DNA from: Schmidtea nova
Taxonomy: Eukaryota
DNA length: 64,000 nt
NCBI GenBank assembly: GCA_044892505.1
Contig: CM097883.1
Span: 257,238,001-257,302,000, forward strand
Direction: 5' to 3'
Shown here: positions 37,054 to 48,800 of the stretch, one piece after another
Layout of the letters: every line of letters begins with the position of its first letter
Position numbering within the stretch: position 1 is the stretch's first letter
Made by a program: the position numbers and the translations under genes
Notes under the pieces: model-generated
What the model was told of the DNA's origin: nothing
The model's input: the letters and a program-made list of their open reading frames with translations, nothing else
The model's database searches: none

Positions 37054-37530
37054 CTATTCATCCTCGATCATTTTTCCTCGATACGAAAATACCGAGCGGA
37101 TCTGCAAATTTGTATGGATTCCTGTGTTATTGGACGAGGCCTGCTGGAAACGGATTCTCTCAGCTTCTCGGAGGGGTCGGATGGCTGTATTGAACTTGAA
37201 CCCCAATTCCTTGAAGGTAGAGGCTGGAATGAACCCCCAATAAATGACACATCTCGGGAATCCACCTTTGTCCAACATCATGATGAACCAGGCGGCGTGC
37301 CATGATTCGTATTCCTCGTCTGGGATGATTGGCCAACTAGCGCATCCCCGGTACCATACGTGATGCCGTGGATGGTCCCATACTGTAAATGGACAGGCGG
37401 TTTCGAGCTCTCGGCGCCATGCCCACATCTTTTGATGGATTTGCTGTAAAATCTCGAAAGGAGCCGGCTTTAATGGGCTAACTCGGGCTCGTTCTTGTCG
37501 TTTTTTGATAGTGTATCTATGCTTAGCCAT
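37054..37530 (-). CDS. LTR-encoded 158-aa Trp-rich protein; 3' LTR copy
   Basis: ATG-initiated ORF in a locally less AT-rich block with AT-rich flanks. No recognised family. Confidence 0.55.
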   Translation of the reverse strand: MAKHRYTIKKRQERARVSPLKPAPFEILQQIHQKMWAWRRELETACPFTVWDHPRHHVWYRGCASWPIIPDEEYESWHAAWFIMMLDKGGFPRCVIYWGFIPASTFKELGFKFNTAIRPLREAERIRFQQASSNNTGIHTNLQIRSVFSYRGKMIEDE

Positions 37531-39071
37531 GATTCCAAAACGATGCTGAATTTTATAATAGTTACAATTTACATCAATAATTAATCATAGTAAATGTTAT
37601 CTCTCATCGTGATTCCTTTATTATTTGCCTTCCCCTTAGACCTTAGCTGAAATCAAGAAAAAACTGTTGTTTGTTACAGTATGCATTACTCTCGTATCTA
37701 CTTAGCTTTATCGGTTTATGATCAATTTGCTAGACGAAAAAATGGTGATTTGTCTGCTTGGAGTTTCAAAATATTGGTATTTCAAAACGGAAGCTCTCTC
37801 CCGTCATGTATCCCTAGCTTATTCGAAAAACGCTCTTTTGTACCAAACGCGGTCGACATAATTTTCCTAAGGTTTATTAGACGTTTATTAAACAGCTGCG
37901 CTATGGTGAGGGTGAAAAATTGTGCCTCCTCCCGGTTAACAACTTCTTTCATATCTTTAAGCTTTATCAAAAAATTCTCGTCCCCTCTGTAGCTAAAATG
38001 ATCAGAAAATAATTTTCCGGATTTGTTGGGTGTCCCATGTGCAAGTCTCAACCACTACTGATAAAATTATGCTTTACTATTTATTACTTTACCGTGTGTG
38101 GAGCCCTCGAGCACCACGCCACGGACGGACACCTTGGGAACCTAAAGCTCCCAACGGCGCAAAATTAATATGATCATTATATATTTTAATGTTGAGTCCA
38201 ATCACAATAACGTTTAATTCATATAACAAATTTCAACACATGAATGCATAAACACATAAATAATTAGATCAATAGATAAATGACAAAGCAAATGACACAA
38301 TCATGAATAAAATAATACAGAAACCAAAATACCTAATTCGTCTGGGTTTGCTTCGATCGGTTCGTCTAGAATTCAAAGTCTATTTGATTAGTGAGCTAAA
38401 TTTTACACTCTCAACTGACGTTGTAAGATTAGGTATTAAGTCTGTTTTATCCAAAGTCTGATCAGTATTTATACTGATCAGTCTGATCTAGACTGACCAA
38501 TCGGATTTGGCCGATTTCATGGTGGGTTTTAATTATTGTTTTTGATTCTAATTAATTTTTATTTTTTAGATTGTATTCTTCCTTGGAGGTCCGGGTTTCA
38601 AAAACAATTATTCAATAACAAGTACTTTTATTTGGTTTTAATTATTATTATTTGTATTTTATTTGTTTTTAGATGTCTCCTGGGCCCGTTAATATCTGTA
38701 AATTCATTTATTTTTATTTATAGCTTGTACTTAGTTATTCTATATTTTTACTATATTATTCCTTTCTTTTAATAAATAAATATTCCCCTTTTTACCTTAT
38801 TTTTCTCTTTTTTGTTTTAATTAATCTACTTTTATTTCATTTTTTTCTCTATTTGGCTGGCCCAACATCACTCGGGGACCCCTAAAATTGCGTCCCGCAA
38901 TTAATTATACATTTACACCTATATCATCATACATAAAAATTAAGCAGATAAATGTCAATTTACATATACACAAAGAATCACGTAAGGTGATAGATTTTAT
39001 ACGTAAGCACAAAGTCATATTATTGTTAAATGTAAGTGGATCATACATAAAGTGAATGTAATATATCAGTT

Positions 39072-39644
39072 TTACACAAGCTCTTTGATTTCATGATTGG
39101 TATTGGATTGGATAGGGGTTCTTTCGCTGATTGTTCGTAGTTCGTAGTGGCTTTGGATTCGGTTTAGGTGTTTTCTCATTCGCTTTTGGGTTCTGATGTC
39201 TTGTATTGTTGTTCGATTCAGGATGACATGTTTTTGTTTTAAGATCTTCACTCGGTATGATGTTATGAGGATTGTGATCGCGATAATGGTCACGCTGAGT
39301 GCAAGGATTATTATAATTGCGATGATCCATTTTTCTTGATATTCTATCTCTGCTTGGGCTAAGCTTTTTATGGGTTCTCGACCTTCTTTTAGGGTTTTTC
39401 TGATTGTTTTCAATTTGATTCGATGTTCATATAGGACCTGTTGAAATTTTTCATCGTTTGGGTTGTCTGATGTTATCTGTTGAAGTTGGGTGATTTCTTG
39501 TGTTGCTTCGCTGATTAGTTTATCTAGTTCTTGATAGGTTTTCTCGGGTAGGGCTCGTAGCTCCTTCTCTGTGAGTTGAAGATCTTCTCTTTGTAGGGTG
39601 ATTGTTATTAGGTATAGGAATATCGGTATTCGGAGCTTTTTCAT
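39072..39644 (-). CDS. 190-aa putative type I membrane protein (signal peptide, helical ectodomain, TM, basic tail)
   Basis: MKKLRIPIFLYLITITLQ N-terminus, WIIAIIIILALSVTIIAITILITSY hydrophobic span, heptad-like middle. Confidence 0.7.
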   Translation of the reverse strand: MKKLRIPIFLYLITITLQREDLQLTEKELRALPEKTYQELDKLISEATQEITQLQQITSDNPNDEKFQQVLYEHRIKLKTIRKTLKEGREPIKSLAQAEIEYQEKWIIAIIIILALSVTIIAITILITSYRVKILKQKHVILNRTTIQDIRTQKRMRKHLNRIQSHYELRTISERTPIQSNTNHEIKELV

Positions 39645-39726
39645 ACTGTTTTCTTTACAGGTAGGTCAATACAATTTGATACTACATTTCATACAATTAT
39701 TTACAAAAATATATTTTCCGCTTTAT

Positions 39727-40788
39727 TTACACAATCGTCTCGTTTGGTTCGTAGAAACCTTCGTCCTGAGGTTCTACCTGGTTCGTGGGGAGTGGTATCC
39801 AAACAACCCTGCTCCTCCACATTTCGACTTCATCTCGATACATGTGAGATATCTGGATCTCCTCGTCCAGCAAATATTCTAGGTAATTTGCTTGTTCTGT
39901 TAATGTTTCTATTTGCTTCTCTAATTCGATTACTTTTGTCTTTTGTTCGTCTTCTTTCATCATTTTTGTTACGGCTGCCGTTGTACTTGTTTCTTTGGGT
40001 ATTGCTAGTACTGTTACTCGTTTCTGTTTCAATTCTTCGTTTTCTTTCATCAAATTCGTTAAATTTTCCTCATAACTTTGCTTCGCTTCCTTTAACCTTT
40101 CTCTGGTTCTTTTTAGCTCTATTTTCTTCTGGGTAATCACTCCTTGATAACCATTTATATCTCTCTTCATCTCTTCTTCTTTCTGATTCCATATTCCGGT
40201 GAGCATAGATTTCAGTTGTTCTTGATTAGCTAGTTCTTCTCCCATTCTTTGAACTTGATAGGTTAGTCCTTTAATTTTCTTTGCTTGTTCGCGGATAAAT
40301 TGCTGTCTTTTTGTATTCCATCTTTTATTTAACACTTCCTGGTTGATTTTTTGCTCTAACTCGTCTTTTAGTTCATCGATCTCTTTATATAACTTCCAAT
40401 CATCACTATAAGCTGTCCTTTCTATTATTTCTCTAGCTTTTTCGTAAGATTCTTTCGCTTCTTTCTTCCAGTATCTTGCTTGTTCTGTAATCGAATACAT
40501 CTTGTGTTCAGCTTCCATCTGCTGTCTGTCTCTTTCCTCTCGTCGCTCTTTCATCATTCTCTGGTAATATTCCTTTTGTTGTTGTAGCATTTTGTATACT
40601 TCTTCTATTTTTTCTCGACTTCTTTGACTTGATCTTTCCGCTTCTTTTAATAATTCGGCTTGTCTCTCTATCTCCTCTTGCTTTCCATAATATGCATTGA
40701 CCCATATTTCAATCTGTTCTAGATGATCGCTAATCGCTTCTGTTTGATGCATCGTAATTTCCTGTAAGCATACTTCGATATTTCCCAT
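39727..40788 (-). CDS. 353-aa coiled-coil protein of element B
   Basis: Long ATG-initiated E/K/Q/R-rich ORF with heptad character; no recognised domain. Confidence 0.75.
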   Translation of the reverse strand: MGNIEVCLQEITMHQTEAISDHLEQIEIWVNAYYGKQEEIERQAELLKEAERSSQRSREKIEEVYKMLQQQKEYYQRMMKERREERDRQQMEAEHKMYSITEQARYWKKEAKESYEKAREIIERTAYSDDWKLYKEIDELKDELEQKINQEVLNKRWNTKRQQFIREQAKKIKGLTYQVQRMGEELANQEQLKSMLTGIWNQKEEEMKRDINGYQGVITQKKIELKRTRERLKEAKQSYEENLTNLMKENEELKQKRVTVLAIPKETSTTAAVTKMMKEDEQKTKVIELEKQIETLTEQANYLEYLLDEEIQISHMYRDEVEMWRSRVVWIPLPTNQVEPQDEGFYEPNETIV

Positions 40789-40909
40789 TGCTATAATTTC
40801 AAAAAAAAAATTTTTTAATCGGTTTATATATCAGTTATTTTTTGTTTATATAATAATTTTTGGGTATTTAACTGTACATATTATTTACACGATCACTTCT
40901 CTTGTTACG

Positions 40910-42286
40910 TCAACCATTCTTTCTATCCGCTTTCTCATTCCTTTCCATTTCTATGTATAGGGTGTCTGCATGTAATCGTTCCCATAGGCTTTCTTTCGTT
41001 ATAAACATTGGTTCTCCCGCTGCTAATCCACATTCTGTGGTTGGTTTCTCGCTCGTACTCGCATGTTTCTCTGTCTCAAAGAATTTTTCTACTGGTTTTG
41101 TTACACTTCTGATTCTAATGATGACTCCTACTTTCAAGGGCCATTCTACTAGGTCGTCGTATTCTCCTTTACATAGCGAGAAAAATATTGACACATGTGT
41201 TCCTCGTCCTCTTCCGTCTCCATTTGGGTATAGCTTCAATCTCACTTTAGCTCCGTTTCTCCATAAATAAAATGGTGGGCTTATTACTGCTGTTTTCGTC
41301 ATATTTCTGGCCTCTGTTAATTTGTTTCTAAAATCTGTCACTTTCCACACATATGGTGCGATTGGTAACTTTTCCTCGGTATCCTGGGTGAGTTTGTTGT
41401 ACTGGATTTTCATTCCTTTAGCCAATTCTTCGATAGCTTTTATCTTTTCCTCCATCTTTTCTCGTGTTAGTTCGAATTGCTCTCTGGTTTCCAACAGTAG
41501 GTTTACCATTATCTTGTGTGACTCTATTTCTCTTTCTAATTTTTTGATTGTTTGTTCGGTTTCTTTTGTTGCTTCGTTTGTCATTTCCGCATGCTTTAGC
41601 AATGCTTCCTCCAGATGTTGTTTCATGGTTTTTTGCGTTCTTTTCTCCATACATCTCTGTTTGTTATAAGGGCATTCCCTTGGTTTCTCCGTGCACACTT
41701 TCCAATGTTCTTGTAATTTTACTTCTGCCGTTATCTCGCATTCGTTTGAACATATTCCTACATATTGTCTACATACTTTCTCCTCTTTTACATTCAGGTG
41801 TTCTTCTTCGATCTTTCTCCTCGTTTCTCGAGTTCCACAATATTCGCATAGACTTTCCTCTTCTTTACATTCATCTTTGTGCTGCTCTTTATTCTTTATA
41901 GTTATTTTTTGTTGGCATTTGTTACATTCGGTTCTCTTCTCCTCGCAGTTCTCCAGATGGTTCTCGAGATCGCGTATTTGTCCTTGCCATATACATGGTT
42001 GATTTATACATTCGGTTTTCGTGTTCATGATTTCTCTCTGAGTTGCTCTATCTGGTCCGGTTTCTTCGAATTTTATTTGTCCTTCTTTGCATTCTGGACA
42101 TTCTGGTGGTCTTTTCATACTTAACTCGTGTATGCATTTGGTACATACTCTGCATCCGCATAGGGTTTGTCTTGGTTTCAATATTATGTTTTTACAATTT
42201 ACACAAGTGAGTCTCTGACTCCATTTCCTGTTCTCGGCTCTCAAAATTTCGATTATCCGCTCTTCGGCTTTTCCTTCTGTATTCAT
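40910..42286 (-). CDS. traf: TRAF-family protein (RING, TRAF zinc fingers, coiled coil, MATH/TRAF-C), 458 aa, intronless
   Basis: RING CVNC..KPRQTLCGCRVCTKC..ECPEC; TRAF-type zinc fingers (HLENCEEKRTECNKC, HWKVCTEKPRECPY); MATH hallmarks YVWKVTDF, SPPFY, LKLYPNGDGRGRGTHVSIFF, GEYDDLVEWP. Confidence 0.93.
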   Translation of the reverse strand: MNTEGKAEERIIEILRAENRKWSQRLTCVNCKNIILKPRQTLCGCRVCTKCIHELSMKRPPECPECKEGQIKFEETGPDRATQREIMNTKTECINQPCIWQGQIRDLENHLENCEEKRTECNKCQQKITIKNKEQHKDECKEEESLCEYCGTRETRRKIEEEHLNVKEEKVCRQYVGICSNECEITAEVKLQEHWKVCTEKPRECPYNKQRCMEKRTQKTMKQHLEEALLKHAEMTNEATKETEQTIKKLEREIESHKIMVNLLLETREQFELTREKMEEKIKAIEELAKGMKIQYNKLTQDTEEKLPIAPYVWKVTDFRNKLTEARNMTKTAVISPPFYLWRNGAKVRLKLYPNGDGRGRGTHVSIFFSLCKGEYDDLVEWPLKVGVIIRIRSVTKPVEKFFETEKHASTSEKPTTECGLAAGEPMFITKESLWERLHADTLYIEMERNEKADRKNG

Positions 42287-42377
42287 TCTACAATGATATA
42301 TACACTTGATTTGTTATCTATTTTTTGATTTTTCTTGTTTTTGTTTTTACATATTTACAATTTTTCGCTTTATTTAT

Positions 42378-42734
42378 CTACGGCTCGTTTGTTGAATCTG
42401 GTTCTGGGTCATTTTCTGATCTGTTTATTGCCCAATTTGTCCATCCATCCTCTGCTTCTTCTGTCTCTCCCATTGTTAAACGGTCTATCTCTATTGCTTG
42501 TCTCTGATTTATGTCGCTCATCACTTGATTCTCTCTGGTAAGTTGCGTTATCAATCTCTGTTGCTCCTCGATTCTGTGGAGTTGTTCAAAACTATTATTA
42601 TAACTTTCGGATAACAAATTCTGTTTCTCAATTAACTGATTTTGTAGTGAGTTGATTGTTCGTATTAACATGTCACACTGGGCTTTCCATCGCATAGCCA
42701 TAGTAGTTTCTGCTATTTCTTCCTGTTCGTTCAT
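42378..42734 (-). CDS. 118-aa coiled-coil protein with acidic tail
   Basis: ATG-initiated, heptad pattern, same strand and spacing as neighbouring accessory ORFs. Confidence 0.6.
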   Translation of the reverse strand: MNEQEEIAETTMAMRWKAQCDMLIRTINSLQNQLIEKQNLLSESYNNSFEQLHRIEEQQRLITQLTRENQVMSDINQRQAIEIDRLTMGETEEAEDGWTNWAINRSENDPEPDSTNEP

Positions 42735-42859
42735 TTTCTAAATTATATACATTAATCGTTTTCTCGATTTCTCTTTTTATATTTTTATAATATCGATACC
42801 CATACTATTACGGTAATGCATTGTTATTTACACTATTATTTACAGTCATATCCCGCCTC

Positions 42860-45800
42860 CTATATCACCATCACTGTCTTTCCTTCGTATCGCTCTTCAT
42901 CTTCTATTTGTCTCCAAAATTCTTTACCTTTCGTCCTCCTTTGGAATTCTTTATGTACTTCTTCCGGTAATTCTATACTGTAGTTCATAATCTTTATATC
43001 TGGCCAATGTGTTATTGGTTTCTTGTTGAATACATCATATATCCATATTATTAATAATACTGTTATTACTGGAATAGTTGCTGCTAGTATTCCTAGACCA
43101 ATTAGTTCTCTAACTTGTTTGTTTACGTCCATCTTCGTAATTTCACTCTGGTTAATCATTGGTCCATATTGTCCCTTTAGTTTATTTAGTAGTTGTTCTC
43201 GTTCTTGTTGTTTTCTTTTAACTTCTTTAATTACTTCTTCCGGCGTCCATCTTGCGTAAGGGTCTATTACTATTTGTTCCGCGTCCATTTGTTTCGTTGT
43301 CTGACTTAATTCTTTAAATTCGAGTTTTCTCACTTTCCCTTTGGACGTTGAGTTTACCGGTGTGTAGTACGTTTCGCATTTTTCCTGCTGATTTCCTAAT
43401 ATGTCCGTCTTTTCTACCGCACATATCTCGTATTCTCTATTAAATTTCAGATTTTTGATACTCATTTCTTCTTTTCCTTTTACGTTTTCGCAGTATCGTG
43501 GCTGTCTTTCTTTTTGTTCCTGGACTACTGCCCAACATATTTCTAACGTTTTATTGTCTATTCTCCATAGTATAAGAGTTGCTGTAGTATTCTTTTCGGT
43601 TTTTATTTGTATTTCTTGGTTTTTCTGTTGTCCATTAGGTTTAAAAGTAGTGGTATACCTCGTTTTTCCTTTGTTCCGTTGCCTTCTGCTTTTTCGCGTT
43701 GTCTTTCCAATTCTTGTTCTGGTGGGTGTTTTATATATTTTGCATTCCAGTTCATTTACTGTTATTTTGTCGCTCTTCCTGATCAGGCATATTTCGTACG
43801 TTTGATTACTTTCTAACCCTTCTATCTGTATTGTGGTTGTTCCTCTGTTTGTTCGACATTGCGGCGGTGTATTCTGGTTTGTTTTCTTTTCCTGCTTCTT
43901 CCAGCATACGCCTTTGACGTCCGGTTCTATTCCGGTTAACTCTAACATTATAGTTGTTCTCCGTTTGGTGCGTTTATTTCTTCTTCCTCGTCGTATGAAC
44001 TTCATTGTTTCCCCAGGTTGAAATGTTTTACAAATCGTCGTTCCTTTCTTGTGTCTTTCTTTTTCTAGTAAACATAGTTCATACGTCCTGTCTGCTTTTA
44101 CTTCTGATATCTTGGTTACTTTATTTGTTTTCCTTTTCCGACTCGTCTTTATTTCGCTTACGCCAATTTCTTCGTTGCTTCTGGCCCAACACTTTGGGTT
44201 GGTGTTTTGGGTGTCGTTCATCTCTGTTACTGCCATTGTGTCAATGTCTATCCCTTCTTCTAACCGTTTTAACATTGTTAATATGAGTGCTAAACATAGT
44301 AATTCTGCTTGGTAGGTCACTCTTTCAGTTTCATTTGTGGTTACTCTTACTTCGGGCCTGTCTATGGTAATTTGTATAGTTGGCGTTGTTCGTCTGTCTA
44401 TTGTCTGATGTTTCTTGTTTTTTGTTCCTTGTGTCTCTGTTCTTCCACACTTTCTTACGACATAGTCTCCTTTGGATGACTGCTGTACTGTTATGGTTAC
44501 TTTGGGTGTTAGGTAATTTGCACATGCAATTGTCTTATGTGATCTCGGATCCTTTGGTTTCCGAACGGTGCACATTCTGTACCAAGTATCTAGCTCTAAG
44601 TCATCGATCTCTATGATTTCTTGCTCATATTCTGAGATCCTGCAATCCATTGGACTATTTTGTCCCGATATTTTGTCCTTTTTTGACCAACATACTCGTT
44701 CGATTCCTTTTGCGTTTCCAATTTGTATTGTCGCTTTTTCTTCACATATCATTCCTTGAGTTGGACTAATTAAGGTCATGATTACCGTTAGTAATAATAG
44801 TTCTGGTTTAAAGAATGGGTTTATTGTTTGTTTGTAGCCTGTTCTTTTTACTTCGTTTTTATTTTTATAGTTGTTGTTTCTTTGTTTCCCAAATTCATTG
44901 TTCTTATCATTTTTCTCTGTGTCCCTTCCTTTCTCTTCACTGTCCTCTTTATCTGATAACTTATGATCCTCTGGATTTTCTCGAGTACTATCGTCGTCGT
45001 TTCCTGTATTGTCACCTCCCCTTTGGTCGTTGAACATGTCGTCCTCGACATTAATTGTTTCTATCATTTTTTCATACGTTATGGTTGTGAGTATACTTGC
45101 TTCGTATTCTTGTGTTTCTGCTTGCTTAGGTATTTCCTTATCGGTTAATTTACAATCTAGAATCTCTTTCTTGGCTTTTATCCAATTATTAAGGTACGTT
45201 TTCATTAGTTCTTTCCATTTGTCCGTACGTTCTGTTTCCTTTGGGTTGTTTGTGAATCGTAAATCTTTTCTTCTCATGAAGATATCTATTATCTTTGGCC
45301 ATTTGTTTATTATTAATGCACACTTTATATACAAATTTTGGCCTTGTTCCATGCACTCGTTGATCCTGAATGCTGGTTCATTGGTGTTTGGGTTCATCCA
45401 ATTGAGTATTGCTTCAGTTAGTTCAGCGTTATGCATCATGGAATGTACGCTAGCTTTTTTAACTGTCCTTGTAAGGTATTCTATTTCCTCCTGATTTGTG
45501 ATTGTTTTTATGAAATTTATCACCTCCCAATTGTGCGCTAACAACGCTACGTCTAGTATTGAGCTGTCTTTGTTAGTTCTTCCCATGAGTCCTGCGCCTG
45601 CTTCGTACAGTTCCTGTAACACTCGGGTTTTTGTGTTCGCTCTTGCTGCGAATATCATGAGGGTGTCTCCCTTTTTATCTTTCATGTTCATGTCACTTCC
45701 GCAATCTTGCATCAACCGTGCAATTTCGACTACCCTCCTATTTTTTCCTGCTCGTAAGGCTCTATGTATTGGCAATACTCCATTCTTTGTTAATAAGAAA

Positions 45801-48800
45801 GTCACTGGCATTTCTCTTTTTATGATCATCATATCGTTTTCATTGTAAGTTCCTTCCGCATATGCGTGTACCTTTTCCACAATTGATCCGAGTATCTCCA
45901 GTGTATGTTTAGAATTTTCGAATTCTGGTAATAGTTCTTTTGCTTTGTCCTGTATCGCATCTAACCTTTCTTGATATGGTACCTCTGCGCTGAAAAGTGG
46001 TGTAACTTTCCTTTTGCTTTCTCTTTCCTTTTGACATAGGAATTGTTTGCATTTTTCGGGGTGGTTTAATATGTCTATTAGTTTGTCATACTCTTCCTCC
46101 ACCGTTTTGTATTTATCTTGAAAATTGGATATATCTTTGTAAGTTATCGTCTTGGTTAGCGATTTTGCACACCATTCCCTAATTTTCCTGAATAATGCTT
46201 CTTTTTCACTTTCGAATTTACACTCCTCTTTGTTTTTGGAAATTATGATATTTCTTCTGTCTAATAACGTTAACAGTGCTTTCTGGTCACAAACGAATTT
46301 TAATAGGAATTGTAATAACGTGTTTTGCCCTTCACTGTATACCTCGTTTATATTTAACACCCATGTATCATTTTCGGATCTTTTCCATTTTATTAGCTTG
46401 CGTATTGTTTTGCAGTTACCGATTTTTATTGCCTCCTTGATTATATCACCTTTGATCAGTTCGTCTATTTCCCAAGTGGCCTTCTCGATTATTTGTTTGA
46501 GCATTATCTGATTTGAGCTCCATATTGCGTGATTCAAGACTGTTTTGTTTTCTCTATCGCGTTCCGTCCAGTTGAAATCGGCATTTATCAAAAGGTCTAT
46601 TATTGCTTTATCCGATTTGTAGATGGCTGCTACCATTAATGGTGTTTCTTGTTCGCTATTCCAAAAACCAAGGTGTTGGTTTGTTTCCTTAGCGATTTTT
46701 AGAAATTCTTTTACTCTCTCTACTTCTCCCCATTTTATGGCGTTATGTAATGCTGGTTGTCCTCCTATGTCTTCTAGTGAAAGTATTTCTGGAATCTTTT
46801 CCAGTAGTTCTGAAATGACTGGTTTTGTTGGTAGTCCCCTTGCGTAATCACTAATTATCGACTGAATATCTCTTAATATATCGTCTCTGACATGCCATTT
46901 TCCCATTATTTCTCTGGCTTTTAGTACAATTTCCTTGTTTCTTTTTTCTCGTTGATTGTTCTCTGCTTCGGTACTTTCATTGGTTGCTCTGAGCATATTC
47001 ATTCTGGCTGTCTGGGATCTGGTTATTATTCGTTCTTCTGGCGCTGTGGTTATTGTCTTTGGTACTTTTTTACATCTGCATGTATTAACGTATATTGGTC
47101 GTATCAATGGTCGATTAACAAGTTTTACCTTCACATTGTTTTCCTTTTTGTATATAACTTCGTAAGGGCCTTTTCCTGGTCTTTGTAGTTTTTTAACGGT
47201 TCCTGGTATTATTTCTGGGGTTTCTATCATCACCCAATCTCCGGGTTTAAGATCATTTGTTTTAACATTTTTCTTTTGATCGTGTAGGTCCTTGTAACTT
47301 TCTTGATAAAACTTTATGTTTAGTTCTGCTGTCTTCCATATCTCTTGCATTCGTTCTTTGAATTTGGTGACGTAATCATCTTCCTCCATATATTGAGACA
47401 AAGGTGGTTGATATTCAAGATCTATTGGCATATTGCATTCCCTTCCATACATTAATTGAAATGGACTCAATTTTGTTGCTGCGTGTATCGACATTCGGTA
47501 TGCCATTAGACATAGCTTTATGTACTCATCCCAATCTGTTTGGTGTTTGCTTACATAATTGGATAACATTCGAATCAATGTGCCGTTAAATCTTTCCGTT
47601 TGTCCATTAGTTTGCGGATGATATGGTGACGTTCGTAATTTGGCTATTCTGAAGTAATTTGTTACTTCATCTAGTATTTCGCTCATAAAATTTGTTCCTT
47701 GATCTGTTAGTATTTGTTTCGGGGTTCCGTATCGACAACATATTTCCTCTACTAAAATTCTTGCTACGGTCTTTGCTTTTTGATCCGGCATCGCAAATGC
47801 TTCAGGGAATTTAGTCAAATAATCCGTTATTACCAATATATATTGATTCCCGTTTAAACTTTCTGGCAATGGTCCTATTACATCCATCGCAATGGTAGTC
47901 ATTGGTTCCGCTGGTATTGGCATGGGTTTTAAGGGATTTTTCCATTTCTTCCCACTATCCTTTCTTGTGGCACAAGTTAAACAGTTCTTTATCCATTCCT
48001 TTACGTCTTCGTCCATTGTTGGCCAATAATATTTTTGTCTCATGCGATTTAATGTTTTCTTATCGGACATGTGTCCTCCCAACTTTCCGTCATGGTATTG
48101 AGTTATTATCTCTTTTCGTCTATTACCTGGCAGACACATTAATCGTTTCTCTCCATCTCGTATTAATAACCATCCTTTTTCTATTGTGTATCGATGTTGG
48201 TATTTCCTCATGTGTTCCTTTAACTCTGCATTGTCTTTGAATACATCCATATTTCGTGAGCTTAGGAATTCTATGATGGGTCTTAGTTCTTTATCCTCTT
48301 GCTGATCTTTCTTTAACTCACTGAAATCCAAATCCTCTGCTATCATTATGCATATTCTTTGCACTTCTGGGTCTGTTAGTTCTGGAAACGTTAATCTTGA
48401 CATGCAATCTGCGTTGGCATTCGCTTTTCCTGATTTGAATTTTATATCTGGTGAATATTCTTGTAATTGCATCGCCCATCTCATTAATCTGCTGGATGTT
48501 TCCTTATGTTGTCCTAGCCATACAAGTGGTTGATGGTCTGTGGTTATGCATATGACGTGTCCCCATAATAGATATTTGAAGTGTTTTATTGCTAATATTA
48601 TTGCCAATGCTTCTCTTTCCGTTACTGAATAATTCTTCTCGTGTTTCTTGAATGTTCTGCTATAATATCCGATTACCCGCTCTTTTCCCTCGTCATCATA
48701 TTGTCCTAACACTGCTCCTGCTGCATATCCACTTGCGTCGGTTGCGAGTAAAAATGGCTTTTTGAAGTCCGGGTGAACCAATATTGGTGCAGTTATTAGC

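Larger units (their letters stand above)
35626..38867 (-). repeat. 3' LTR of element B (3242 bp)
   Basis: Identical to 60687-63928 in every segment compared, with identical ORF translations. Confidence 0.97.

Noticed and set aside
37782-38051. 89-aa third LTR ORF (and its copy at 62843-63112)
   Set aside because: Non-ATG start, overlapped by an opposite-strand ORF of similar size, no motif; insufficient support.
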